NCBI GenBank assembly: GCA_043228905.1
Contig: JBHGNT010000018.1
Span: 248,001-312,000 of the forward strand
Origin: Azolla caroliniana
Taxonomy: Eukaryota > Plantae > Polypodiophyta
DNA length: 64,000 nucleotides
Reading direction: 5' to 3'
Position numbers and translations under genes: made by a program. Positions 24,877 to 38,439 of the stretch are shown piece by piece; positions within the stretch are counted from its first letter, which is position 1, and every line of letters starts with the position of its first letter. The notes beneath the pieces were generated by a model. It ran no database searches. It saw nothing but the letters and a program-made list of their open reading frames with translations, and was not told where the DNA came from.

Positions 24877-26977
24877 AGCATTCTTTTTTCATGTAAAACT
24901 GGTCTAAGCCTGATATTGCCTTGAACTTTCACTCCCATTCAAAATTCATTGAGGTCGAATGTTTTTAGTTGTAATAGAATGATGGGTTCTTGTAAATTTA
25001 AATTTGCCACCAAAGGAATCTTTGTCCTTCTTAAGGTACAATAGATTTGGATTCTCATGGTGGGTTCTTAACATATCTTGATGTTGTACTCCCAAGTGTA
25101 CCCTCTTTTTGTTGGGGTATGATTTGAATGATTGTTTGCCACATTTCTCTCAATGGGATCCACTAGTCTCCAATCATACAATGGAGGCTACAATGAACAT
25201 TATCTCAAAAATCCCCTACTTGAATTTGAATCAACCATTTGTTCTCGATATTCAAATACTCTTACACTACCTATGTCAATAATAAAGGAAGCCTCTTCTT
25301 TCACTCCATTCATAGAGCCTGTGGAAATGTATAGAAAGTGCTTTCCTATCAAGTTGAAGTTGATTTTGATTAGATCAAATTTAGCATCAGACATGAAACC
25401 ATTAATCAAAGCTTGAGAATCAAGATCAAGTTAGTTTGAGCACCATGCCTTCAGATAGACAAAGCCAACATGTCAACCTACATTAATTGAATATAATCAT
25501 TTCACAAATTGGCTATTGTATGTGATTGTATAACTTTATAGTTTCACGGAGCCGTAAACATTTGGAATAGGAATAGGAAGAATGTGTGTCATTCACTAAT
25601 TGGACATGGTTTGATGTGTGTCACTTTGTCTATGTAGGCAATGGAATCATTCTTTCATAGAGAAAGAATATCAAGTGAACCTCCTCGATGCATGTGCTTT
25701 TTGGTTCATGATATCTTCTTTTTAATCATTGTAAATGTGATGTGATGTATAGTCTATATTCATGCTTGCCATAAATTGTTGTATCGATAAATACACACAA
25801 CCGCATATGTAACTTGTTTTTCTTGTGTGGATTCATACACAACACAAAAACATCCTAGAGTTTCAACATTCTTTTTTTGTGGAAAGACAAAAACATCATG
25901 AAAGGTTCTTTCAATAACAGTGAGGTATCTATTGAAAAAGGCCAGAAAGTTTCACAATTCAACTTGCTTGTATATTTCCAATATTGCCTATGTGGTTTGG
26001 ATGTTTCAAACAATACATTGGACCTTATCTCATGATGAGAAAACCAAGAGCAAGGCATTGCCTAACAATGAATCTTTTCATAAAGCTAGTTATTCTTGCC
26101 TCTGGCCCCATATTTATTTTGGCAAATTTCTTTTGCAATGGCAATTTAGATCACAAAATATGGCAAGCCATGGAGAAAAAAAAACAACATAAGCCTACTC
26201 AATCATGACATACAACAAACCAGTATTTTTGAGAAGTCACAAATTAAGTGAATGTTAGCACTTATAGTTGCAACTTCGATCGAGAGTGGTTAGTATATTG
26301 CACAAAACTTGATACGTCACATTAAATTTCAACCTCTTGGATCTCACGCTTTTGTGAATGCATTTCACTTTTTTAACCCTTGGTGGTTGGTGGTGCATCC
26401 TTGATGTACATTATCGAAATGGGTAACGTACATTATCTAAATTGGCAATTGCCAAACTTGAAAATGCAAATAAGAAACACTTAGGTATGGAGTAGGCAAG
26501 GCAAGAGGACATTATGTTCATGGACTTGAATTACAATGGGGCTAGAAGTAGATGCTTAAATTCCATCACATTATAGTAAGCATAAAAAGCGAGTGCAATG
26601 TCACATCAAAGATAGGGGGAACCGACAACATCCAACAACAATAAGTGCAAAGCAATTTAGCAAATGCTTTGTTTAGGATATCACAAGTAAGCCAAAATAA
26701 GCATCAAGGTGAGCGAGAAAGCAACTTACGTTTAAGTACGATGTCCCATCAAATATGGAGACTTGGAGTAACCCATGGACATGTTTTTCTTTGAGGGCAT
26801 GCATGCACAAGGTGATAATATATCATTTTAGAAAATGATGATGTAATACGTGGATTGGGAAAGTATCAGATGTGTGTACAATCTTTTTTTTTAAGTAGGA
26901 AAGTGTATTACCTCCACGATGGATTACCCCCAAACATAGAGACAAAGCCTAGGTGGGACACAATTAGCAATTATGAT

Positions 26978-27380
26978 ATATATATATCTCGTGTATATAT
27001 ATATATTTTGAAGACTAGATTGAAACCAACCAAAGGCTGACCCGAAATTGAGCTAGATTGAACACAACTTACCGAGACAAAAGAGTAGAAAAGTAATAAT
27101 AATAATAAATTTCCCCTTCTTTTACATGGTTGCTTCTAAGAGCAAATCCTTGACCACAATAATATATATATATAATATAGTATATAATATATGGTATATA
27201 TATCTCGTGTATATATATATATATATTGAAGACTAGATTGAAACCAACCAAAGGCTGACCCGAAATCGACCTAGATTGAACACAACTTACCGAGACAAAA
27301 GAGTAGAAAAGTAATAATAATAATAAATCTCCCCTTCTTTTACATGGTTGCTTCTAAGAGCAAATCCTTGACCATAATAA
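26978..27380. repeat. Tandem duplication, ~218-bp period, set in (TA)n
   Basis: AGACTAGATTGAAACCAACCAAAGGCTGACCCGAAAT...GAGCAAATCCTTGACCA starts at 27012 and 27230. Confidence 0.85.
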
Positions 27381-27420
27381 TTATGAAGGGGTCAGCCTTT
27401 GGTTCATTTCAATCTAGTCT
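27230..27420. mobile_element. MITE-like element, 191 bp, with ~32-bp terminal inverted repeats
   Basis: Left end AGACTAGATTGAAACCAACCAAAGGCTGACCC; right end GGGTCAGCCTTTGGTTCATTTCAATCTAGTCT (2 mismatches). No clear TSD. Confidence 0.6.
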
Positions 27421-27592
27421 GCACTCTTAATGAGACATGAAATCATATATTGAATGTCAAATTCATCATCATTCATTGTATTGGTATTGGTATGTGTGTG
27501 AATTGGATTAACTATACTTTCTACAACTACTACATTTAGAGATGAATTGATTGTCTCCCAAACTCATTCATTCATTGAAGATATATATATAT

Positions 27593-27667
<75 letters not shown>

Positions 27668-30600
27668 CAATGGGTCATAAATAGCACTAGCTACATAGCA
27701 ATAATATCCCCATCATTGCAATTTCCAGAACGGGTATATAACATTAAAAGCCTTAGAAATCATGACCAAACTTTAACACCACCATTAGAACAGTCACGAC
27801 TGACGACTATATTTGTCCATGCCCATGTGGCATGGACTCTCATTCCTGAAACTAGATGTAGTAAAATGCTTGCCATATCCGTCACTCCCTCCTTAAATAA
27901 TGTGTCCCATTGTAATCTTGAGTCTTGACATCTATGTCTTTTCTTCTTCTTTTTCTTTTGACCCAGCCCATGTTAATCCTCCTGCTCATATGGAAAACAG
28001 ACAAATCAAATCTTACTCACACAACCTAACCACATTGACACCTTGCATTTATTCACAAACGGTGAGTTTGGTGTATCAGTCCAAGTTTGTTCTCCCATTT
28101 TGACAAACCCAACCAAAATGTTGTGGAAAATTTTCTTTACCACAATGGGCATACAAGTTTTCTTAATTCAATTTACACATGATGTTACAAGAAGAAATCA
28201 ACATAGATTTGTAGGACTATTGTACAAAATCTACATATTTTCCTCGATGTTTGCTCCATATGTTTATAATTTCTACCTCATGAGTCATAGATTCAAGAAT
28301 CTGATCGATTTCGTAGTTTTAATGAATGAGCAGTGATGGCACCTTTCTCTTGGGCACTCGAATGGGCTCGATTTTTCGTGATTTTTGGATGTACTTTGGG
28401 TATATAAATAAGATATTACATCTTTTAACTTGGTTTATCCCGTCGTCATAAAATAGGAAGACATGACCCCCATCCAATATCATCATCATCACATGGGCAC
28501 TCTTTCTTAGTTGCGCGCTTTCGTGATCAATACATTCTTACCAAAGTAAAAACATTGTTTCTCTTTATGGCTCGCTTTTGCGGGTTTCTTCTTCTTTTGG
28601 AATTGATTCTACAACTTATATCCTAGAGTGTACTTATTCTTCTTTCTTTCATACATGTGTCATGCGTAGCCTCATCAAGCATATGTTGTGTCATTCCAAC
28701 AATAATCCCCCCATATTATTAAAGTTGTGTATATTTCCTACCCCACCTTGTTGAGGTGACCCTCATCACAATTCACAAATTGATTTTTGTAAGAATTAGC
28801 TAGATTTTTCCAATTCTTTATGCTATAAAAAATGTCTTTTTCATCCTTCCACCTCCCACTAATTAATCACAAAAAGTATCAAGCACAATAAATAGACAAT
28901 CATATTCAACATTCTCATGGAGATCCCACTATGCTAGGGCACCACATAATGTGGAACAACAAAGTGGTTTGTAGCCTTACTAAAGAAACATGCTATCAAC
29001 AAGATGTTAGCTTGTAAGTGCTAATTCCTTGACTCCCAATACAATCACCCTTGTAAAATGTAAGTCCTCTCCTAATGTATGTCTAGATAAAGATTGATGT
29101 GATTGTCAATGTCATCAACCCCCTTTTAATTGAACATTCTCCTTAAAAATTCGAGGAGCAAACATTTATTGATGACTTTGAACTTTGTAAGGAGAAAAAA
29201 TGTATTACAAGATGACAAGTTATCGTTGCTTTCATCTCTATTAAACTATCCAACAACGACCTTCGACAATAAGATAATCATAATCATTAGATTTTTACAT
29301 TGTGATTTAAGTTTTCTAGGCATATTACCAATGTATAAAAGTAGGTGCGTTGAATGCATTAACTGTTAAAGAGTGCATAATATATCCATGAATATTAATG
29401 ACATTCAAAACCAACTTTCATTCGCTCTAATCAATGAAAAGACATTAGGAATTCTTCTCCACACTTTATATGACTTGGAAGTTGGCCATGATAAGTAATT
29501 GAGTGTTTTATTGCCTTGATTTAGTTGAGACATCTATTTTGTTTCCTATCATACTTATGTCATATCATCTTGTCCTTTCCAATCCATTTATATGATAAAA
29601 TGTGCTACGAACATTGATTCACTAGATTCACTCAAATTGAAAAAAACAAGGGGTGAGCAAAAGAAAATTAGTCAAACTTTGTAACATTCTAATGTTATGT
29701 ATGCCACAATTGTAACATTTCTCAATACACTATCTAGGCTATTGTTTTAAAATAGTTCCAAATTGAACTATAGCTAATAAGGGATGATTTTTTTTACTTT
29801 TTCTCTACTTCTGTGCCGATGATGGGATAGTCAATTTTGATGAGGTGTCTTGCACATTGAAATAAAATAAGTTTACAAATATTTTTATATGCATGAAACA
29901 ATTCTAAAATTTCTGGCACATTTTGAAAGGTTTACTATGCAAATAAGACAACGATCATTCACCTTATAAGGAGAACTAAGAAAGGTGGTGTACATTCTAT
30001 AAAAAGGCATATCTTCTCTCAAGTAGAGAGTAAGATCGTCTATTGGCCTAACCATTTTGCACTACAAAATGGGATTGCATGCCCCCCTTAAACCATCGTA
30101 ACATAAGTAACTAAGTTTATGACTTTGCTAAAGATTGCAATTACAAAAAATCAAATGACCATCAAAATTTCCCCAACAAATAAGTTAAGGAAACAATAGA
30201 AAGAATCACCACCCCCAAACAAACATGCCTTCATTTTTTAGATTGTGTATGATACTATAACATCAAAGTTGAGAACAATTTGAATTTAATTTAATTAAGA
30301 GTTTTTAACTCTCATTTTTCACACCATATACCAAAAATAGATTGGAATGTCACAAAACCAAGGGAATCTTCAAACACATATTGAAACCGTCAATAGTATT
30401 TGAAAATGGTTTCTTAAACTGAAATCCATCCAACTATTAAAGATGGCAGATGGAACTTGGAAAGGCATTTAGACCAGCAAAACAATTTAGCTGAAATAGA
30501 CTTCCAAGTCTATTCGTTCATATGATAAAACCAATTCATTTCTATCCATTTATTAGTGGAGCACTAGATTCAATATGTCAGAGTATCCTACAGAAAAGGA

Positions 30601-30924
30601 ACGCAAATAAGACATGCAGTCGATGTGTCTCATGAAACCAATTTCCAATTGCATTGCCATACAGTTACGAGTAATAAGAACGTCAACGATAGGACACTTT
30701 CGACTGAAACCAACTACTGGTGAAGTTTATAAGAGATCAAACTAACCAGCCACTCCTCCAATACAAAAAAACAAGAGGAACATTACACATGCCCAAATAG
30801 AGCAAGTCCAAAGCAAGTCCAAGTCCACGTCCACAAGAATGTTTAAAGGTCATCATCTTTGCAGCTAGTTATCTATTTGTTCACAAGCACATGAATTTTT
30901 GTATAAGTCATCCTTATCGTAGCT

Positions 30925-31866
30925 TCATTTAATGGTAACGTATCTATTTGTTCCATGTTTAGCCCAATGATCCTTCAAGTCTATTGGCTTAGTAATATCC
31001 ACACCAAGAGCTGCCAATTTCTCCAATAGCTTACTAAATGCACTACCACTCATTTTTCGCCCAGGAACCCGTGAGCCACTCTTAAACTCACTCATTGGAA
31101 GTGGGTATACTGAGACAAACTTAGTACAACATGCTGATTGCCAGCCACCATTACCCCATTTATAACATCTTTGGTTTGTTCCAGTACATGAGCAAAGAGG
31201 AACAGGTATTGAGGACATATCATATGGCGAAACACATGCCACAATACCTTTCGATGAATCATCATGGCTGAATTTCTCCATGCTGAATATTCCATCCTCA
31301 TCCTCATCTTGTTGCTTCCTTTTCTTCCCCGAGAACTTGGACACTTTCTTATCTTGATTATCCACTTTATGCCTCTTCGGAGTATTGTCATTTTTTGCTT
31401 TCTTTCCCTGTTGTTCTTTCATTGCCTTTTGGGGTGACCTTGGTTCTGTATGGAATGGAAGTGTTATCATATCATTACTGGCTGTTTCATTTGGTGCACA
31501 CAAATAGTTTGATCCACTGGAAGGGTGACTTGCTATGAAATGCATCATCTGCATGATCTTTGCACTACTTTCCTGGTCATTTTCATTGGTTTGTATCATG
31601 TGAAGAGCTTTTATAGCACTATCTCTCTCCATCCACGCTGCATTTCGCTCGGCATAGGCTAAATCTCTTTGCAACAATGCAGTGTTTCGCTCAGCATATG
31701 CATTTTTCTTTTCTGCTATAGCTTTATCTCGTTCGGCAAGATGAGCATCCCTTTCAGCCATAATTTCTGTCAGCTTTGTGTGTGGCGACTCTCTAAAAAA
31801 ATCTTTCAGATATGTCTGGTCAAAGTTTGACCAGTGTCGCAACTCCATCTTTGCTGGAACTTCCAT
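30925..31866 (-). CDS. BPC: BASIC PENTACYSTEINE / BBR GAGA-binding transcription factor, class II (BPC4/BPC6-like), 313 aa
   Basis: Alanine-zipper coiled coil ([25 protein letters not shown]...) and C-terminal DNA-binding domain [21 protein letters not shown]...YPLP...[13 protein letters not shown]...[25 protein letters not shown] acceptor at ~31934 implies an intron in the 5' UTR. Confidence 0.96.
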   Translation of the reverse strand: MEVPAKMELRHWSNFDQTYLKDFFRESPHTKLTEIMAERDAHLAERDKAIAEKKNAYAERNTALLQRDLAYAERNAAWMERDSAIKALHMIQTNENDQESSAKIMQMMHFIASHPSSGSNYLCAPNETASNDMITLPFHTEPRSPQKAMKEQQGKKAKNDNTPKRHKVDNQDKKVSKFSGKKRKQQDEDEDGIFSMEKFSHDDSSKGIVACVSPYDMSSIPVPLCSCTGTNQRCYKWGNGGWQSACCTKFVSVYPLPMSEFKSGSRVPGRKMSGSAFSKLLEKLAALGVDITKPIDLKDHWAKHGTNRYVTIK

Positions 31867-32043
31867 TCAGGTGTCTACGACACTTCTGAGTAAACCTTTC
31901 AAATCAATATTCAGGACCTCCTACATGAATTTCCTGCAGCACAAGACCAGATTATCAAGAAGACGATACAAGACATTTCTGATCTTGAACCAATAATACT
32001 GCTAATGGAACGTGGCTGATAAAGAGTGAAAATTTATCCTATT

Positions 32044-32731
32044 AATATAACTCTCCAAGTAGTCCTTTCATGCATGCATGCAATCATATCAGGAGGTTCA
32101 CCTCTACAGAAAGCAAGGATAATAGTGAACACAGCCCCAACCTAACATAAATGCAAGTATTACACAATATCTAGCATGACATGTGGTGATGTAACATTAA
32201 TATACTATGTATATATCAATACATCATGTGAGAAAGTTGGGTGTACGTCTACAGCCTACCAATATAACTCTCCAAGTAGTCCTTTCATGCATGCATGCAA
32301 TCATATCAGGAGGTTCACCTCTACAGAAAGCAAGGATAATAGTGGACACAGCCCCAACCTAACATAAATGCAACTATTACACAATATCTAGCATGACATG
32401 TGGTGATGTAACATTAATATACTATGTATATATCAATACATCATGTGAGAAAGTTGGGTGTACGTCTACAGCCTAGCAATGAGCCACATTACCCAATATA
32501 ACTCTCCAAGTAGTCCTTTCATGCATGCATGCAATCATATCAGGAGGTTCACCTCTACAGAAAGCAAGGATAATAGTGGACACAGCCCCAACCTAACATA
32601 AATGCAACTATTACACAATATCTAGCATGACATGTGGTGATGTAACATTAATATACTATGTATATATCAATACATCATGTGAGAAAGTTGGGTGTACGTC
32701 TACAGCCTAGCAATGAGCCACATTACCCAAT
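32044..32731. repeat. Three near-identical tandem copies (217-234 bp) in the inferred BPC 5'-UTR intron
   Basis: AATATAACTCTCCAAGTAGTCCTTTCATGCATGCATGC... starts at 32044, 32261 and 32495. Confidence 0.92.
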
Positions 32732-33399
32732 ACCATAATTATAATATCCATGCAACTATCAAAGGTTAGATTCAGAGTAGAATCTCATGGACAGATGGAT
32801 GTTTAAAAGAGTGGACACTAGAAAAGCACCAATATAGGCTCGTGAGGCACTAAAGAAACACCAACATGGACACTAGAGATTCAGAGATGGAAAGAAAAAA
32901 CTTAAATGAAATGTGTTTGTTCGGTTTCTAGAAAATGGTTTCATGCAGTACCAAAGTAAAAAATTAAAAAACCTTCAACAACTCTTGCTATAACTACTGG
33001 GGGAGATACTACATTATTTGGCGTCTTCGACACAAGCAAGGCCAGGGAAGACAATCACAAATTATAGACTACTTCCAAAGGGCCACCTCGCTACCCTCAT
33101 ACCTCGAAGAGGGCAACACTCAAGTAAGCAGAGCATATTCGACAAAAGATCATCAATCTTGTGAACATTGAGTTGCATTGCATGAGTTCACATAGAGTGT
33201 TAAAGAATAAATGCATTAGATTCTTCCTCTAAATATCATGGAAATGATCAATATAGCCTCAATTTAATGATAAACCTTGAGCAAACAGTTCACTTTCACG
33301 CAGTGGTCCTTCACGGCAAGCTTCTCACATTCCTCAAAAAACTTCCTATTCCCTACTTGGTTACTTCCCATAGAAGAATTTACTAAGTTTCCCTAATAC

Positions 33400-34400
33400 A
33401 TGGGCTTTCTTGAGTCAATTTCTAAGACAAAGAACAACCCTTTCCTTCTTCAATTACTAACCACTTTTAATGTATCAGGTCACTTGGGTGTGTGTTGTAT
33501 CTCAAAGAGGCATAAGTCTTTTTGCAAGAGCATGAACTCTTCTAGATTTTGATTTATACCATATCACAGCATTCCTCAAGCATAAGACTTCCAAAAATAG
33601 ACTATTCTGAGCATTCAACAATGCATTCTCGGCCAATTCACACCTTCATGGTCTCATGATGAGAGTATCTCCATGGACACTGCGTGTGGGAAGATGTAAG
33701 ATTTGCATGATACCCATAAGCCCGAGGCTGACAGAGAGTGCGACACTTGGATATAAACAAGTAGCTAGCATACAAGGTCATCACAGAAAGGCTGGATCCC
33801 TACGTAAGGAGCTGCTACAGTATATTGGACGCTAATCCTAATTGACAATGATTCTTTGCCTCTCCTTCCAGCCAGATTTTGTAAATATTACTGTCCATGA
33901 CATGGGGAAATAGAGAACAAATGTCAGAGAAACTGACTTAAGTACTTAGAAGTTGAGATTGAGGGATGAGGCCCAAAGGAAATCAGAAATACGGGATAAG
34001 CCCTAGACAATTGCCCTGCCCATTATAAGATGTTTATAACTGCCCCAGGAAACTGGTTGTGAGTGTCATTCAAAGTTTCTCGAAGAGATTGATCAAAACA
34101 TCTATCATTGCACTAGTGTATGTGATGATCCAAAATAGGACACTTTAATATATCTCCCAAACCTACAAAAACCAGATTTGTACAGGCATATTCGAGACCC
34201 TAGAATCACCATATGTGTCCATTGACAAGGGTGCATATGCATTGGCATTAGACACAATCTGAAGTACTCTCAACAACTCTTTAATTAATCTCCAAGTCTC
34301 ATTGTGGAGACTAGATTTATATAGGCATATTCTAGAGTTTAGAACACAATATATGATTATCAATTGGGGTCCAAAAACCATGTATGTCTCCAATAAATAG
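33400..34400 (-). mobile_element. Highly degenerate L1-like remnant (tentative)
   Basis: Scattered minus-strand resemblance to L1 RT motifs (a YLGxPxG-like segment near 33970-34000) and a Cys/His-rich segment near 33660-33710. No intact ORF. Confidence 0.3.
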
Positions 34401-35529
34401 TGGTAACAAACTTATCTCAGGAGTCAAACAGTCCTCTGAGATCCACCCACTCTCCACCATCTGAAACAGTTACATATATAGAGCGTAGGTGAAACTACTC
34501 TGTGAAAGGACTAGCTTTCCCATGCATAAGGATGAAATTATCAGCATAATTGTAATATTTAAGAATGGATCTGTCAGCACAAGTATTACAAACAGCTTTT
34601 GGGTCAGTGTTTGGGAAAAATGCAACCTCACTCGCTAATTTATCAGTGGAAAGTTGAAATATATATTTATTGTTCTATAAATTTACTGTAATTTCTCACT
34701 ATTCTCTGTTGAGTTTTACATGCAAAGGAAACTCATTAGTAATCTACTCATGCAATGCCTTGAGGTAATGAAAATTTTGATGGTGGCAACAATCTGTTGA
34801 CATTCAGGATGTTTAAGCCTAAACCTACTGAAATAATTCATCTTTCTATCTTAAATATAATTATTAGCATGCGATGTCTGAAAAACAATTTCCAAGTTTA
34901 ATATAGTTCACTACCTAATCTTAAAAGATGGTCTCAAATATTTAGAGATGCCTGACTTATGCTTTTTTTAGAACAAAAACAATAAGTTCAATAAAACTCG
35001 GATGAATGTCAGGGAAAATAGTAAAACCAATGGTGGCTGTGGCAATATATTTCTGGCTTCTTTTGTTATAAAATAAAATCAGGATTCACTAGAGTGTGAT
35101 TGATTGTTTTCCTTTCAGGACAGAGTTCCTGCTATACACTTCCCTTCTTTGCCACGTAAAAGCACCCAAAGGTTTTAGGTCTTTATAATTTACATTTTTT
35201 TCAGAAGGGCAGCAGTGAATTGGTAAGTATTTCTCTGGATGGTATTGCCGTACAAATAGATTCTGTAAAACTTCATTACTAGCTAGAAAATGCATTTTGT
35301 GAATTTTTACCACTTTCTAGAAAACAATATCTTTTATGAAAACTGTGATTTGGAATGTTTACATCTAAAAACTATGTGTGCAAAGGGAGGAAAATATAAT
35401 AAAAACAGAAAACTTTACTGTTAAATCTGTGTGCAGGAAAAGGTGGGAAGTACCAGAAGGAAACGGAAGAATCAGCTTTGGTGACCGGTGCGTTAGAAAC
35501 AAAAACCTAAAATCGAGCAAGATATATAA

Positions 35530-35850
35530 AGCTTCCAAAAAAAATCGCCACTACCGGTACTATTCTTCTTCTTCGTTTTCCGCGTATTCTCCTGATCTCC
35601 TTCTGCTGTTCTCTTTCTTCTGTGAGGATCTGAAACAGAGCAGCAAAACAAGAATACTAGGTAAAAGCCTAAAGGTAAGGACATCTGAGAGACAGAGAGA
35701 GAGAGAGAGACCTTTCATACCTTTGCACACTTAGATCTGCTGAGCTTCTTCTGTCTCTTTCTCTATCTCTGTCTCTCTCTGTCTCTGTTTGTGTGTGGGA
35801 CCCACTCATTTTCCTCTAAGCTTTTGGAAATTCCAGAAATACCCCTGGAG
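35530..35850 (-). promoter_or_regulatory. Probable promoter and first 5'-UTR exon of the BPC gene, with GA/TC repeats
   Basis: Less AT-rich island with CpGs, (GA)n at 35687-35710, (TC)-rich at 35750-35786, a candidate donor AAG|GTATGA at ~35720 and AAATACCCC at ~35836. Confidence 0.5.
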
Positions 35851-37020
35851 TCAAGTCCTATTAGTCAAGCTAAGTTGGGAAAATTTGTAACGTTTCGTGG
35901 GTCAAAACTTGAGGAGTGATGTGGAAACAATCCCGCGTTATACCGGCTTGCTGAGCATTTTCTATATGTTTTCTAGGGAAACTCTACGATGTGATTGGGA
36001 AGGTTTCAAGCAAGTTATTTATTGATGCACATAAAAACATATGATTATGTGTGAAATCGCATGCCTTGCAAAGGTGTGAACAAGCATCGGTAAGAAATTT
36101 TGTTTAGTGATGTCAAGAAACCCAACAGAACGTTATGACTTTAGGCATCGGCAAATGTAAGGAAAGTCGTAAAATGCTTGCACACATATCAATTGATTTG
36201 GTCACTCACAAGGAATAACTTCTTTGAGTTATGAATCCCAAAATGCTCATGTGGATGGGAAAGGAAAAATGTGCATGGATATATGATATGCATAATCATG
36301 CACCAATGAAATGGGATGGCTAACAATTGGAGTACAAATCGGATCAAACCTTGACATAAAGAGGGGATATAAATAATGTGCATGATTATAGAGCATCATA
36401 ATCAATTCTCTTATGGGAATGTCATTTGAACACGTAATGGAATTGAAGTTAATTGCATGGGCGAAAGATAGTGGAAAGAGGCATATGGACAAGTAGGTTT
36501 TTGAGATCATCGTGGTATAACCTTGTCATTCAAGTTCTACTAGAGGAAAGTTATTTGAAAGGTAATGAAACATAACATTAATTCCTTGTAGACCTGAAGA
36601 GATCGTTTTATTTGAGCATCATAAAATGTATGGAAGAGTGCATTAAGTACAAAAATGACTAGAATCTTGCAATTTCTCGCATTTATGAGAAAAAGGAACA
36701 TGGATTTTCAGGTGAATTGGAAGACATGTTTAACATGTTTGCACGGCAAGAATGCATTGAAGACCATCGAGCCCAATGTATTAATCACATTTTTGGCTCT
36801 GTGCATATTAGATGAGTTTATTTTAGCAAAAACTTTAGAGAGACGCACAAATTCTTGTAAGTGTCTTGTAGAACTTTTGCATATGTGCAGTAGCTTGAGT
36901 TGTCAAACCGTCCAAAATAAAGGTTATGCTTGTGAACCAAGTCCTCAACAAGGATAACCATGCATTCTCTATATGAAAAACCACTTCTAATTGCTAGAAA
37001 GCTTCGAAATACCTTTAGTC

Positions 37021-37368
37021 TGATGTCCTCTCCAATTGTAGATGAAATGAATGCGACACTCACCACTTGAAAATGGAAAAGATGGATTATTATGCATTTT
37101 GACAAAATAGCAATGAAGGAAAATTAAAGGTTCCCAAATAATTCATATATTAACACTTTATGACACCAATGTCATCTCTAAGATGAGAAGTGTTTGATGT
37201 CCTCTCCAATTGTAGATGAAATGAATGCGACACTAGCCACTTGAAAATGGAAAAGATGGGTTATTATGCATTTTGACAAAATAGCAATGAAGGAAAATTA
37301 AAGGTTCCCAAATAATTCATACATTAACACTTTATGACACCAATGTCATCTCTAAGACGAGAAGTGTT
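37021..37368. repeat. Near-perfect tandem duplication, 174-bp period
   Basis: TGATGTCCTCTCCAATTGTAGATGAAATG...GAGAAGTGTTT starts at 37021 and 37195. Confidence 0.9.
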
Positions 37369-37537
37369 TTCTTTTTAATTTTCTTAAAGCAAAGATGCAA
37401 ATGCCTTGCCTAGTGGGATCACTTCTCATTGAACTCATGGATGTATGAGGGTTGAAGGTTTAACATTCTAGTTGACAAGTAAACATAGGAGCAGGTAGCT
37501 CATAGATTAATTGGCCTTGACTATAAATAAAAAATTA

Positions 37538-37620
37538 GTTGGTTTGCCAGAGTGGTTAAGGGGGATGACTTAAGATTGCCTCCACTCAAGTACACATGTG
37601 TTCAAACCCCACAACAAATA
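37538..37620 (+). pseudogene. tRNA-Leu(UAA) pseudogene or tRNA-derived SINE head
   Basis: GTTGGTTTGCCAGAGTGGTTAAGGGGGATGAC-TTAAGA-...GTGTTCAAACCCCACAACAAATA is 83 nt with an A box, CT-TAA-GA anticodon loop, long variable arm and B box GTTCAAA. The stems are broken by substitutions. Confidence 0.75.
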
Positions 37621-38439
37621 CCTAAATTTCTATGTCAATTTGGACCATTGAAATTTGTCAATCCATCTACGTTTGTATTCCAACTTCTCTCATTAAAAAC
37701 ATGAGCATTAACTCTTTTAGAGCCCTCACACTCATTCACACTCAATCAAAAAAGTCATGGTATCAAATCTGTCAAATATAAAGGCATGTAAGGTATGAGA
37801 CAATGGGATCATCGAGAGTGAATATTAGTATCCAACCTTATCTCATTACTACACTGGGCATTAACTCTCGTAGAGCCCTCACACTTGATCATGCAAGCTA
37901 TGTATTTAAGTTGCATTATGGCATCCATCTAGCAAACATAAAAACATTTGAGGTATGCGACAAAAGGATATTAGAGGATGGATATCATTTGCTTTTTACA
38001 TGCTCAAACATAGAGTGCAATTCCGATGACTTATTAAGAGGAGATGATTACTCGAGTGTCACATTAAACAACACACCTAGAAGGTTGAGCTTATATGTAT
38101 GCCTTATTCACACATAAAAAACAGTGTACTTAGGTTGCATAGTCAAAATTGACCTCTCTATAGACACTAAAAAAATATCTTCTCTCTCTAGGACATTCGA
38201 TAAAATTAGTGATACACATAAGATTGGCATGGCCCTTGCGAAAGGATGACACACATAAATCAATAAATGGTTAATCATGAACAATAAATCAACTATTCTC
38301 TCTCTCATCAACATATACGATGATATGCAACACTTACTTTATGTATTGATTTTGTCAAATAAGTGGGCCAATTGTTATTTTGGACAAAACAAAAATTATG
38401 GCAATGAAGACAATACAACCAAGATATTGCATTTTTGAT

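Noticed and set aside
37400-37480. Possible second tRNA/SINE-like segment upstream of the tRNA-Leu pseudogene
   Set aside because: No convincing cloverleaf or B box.
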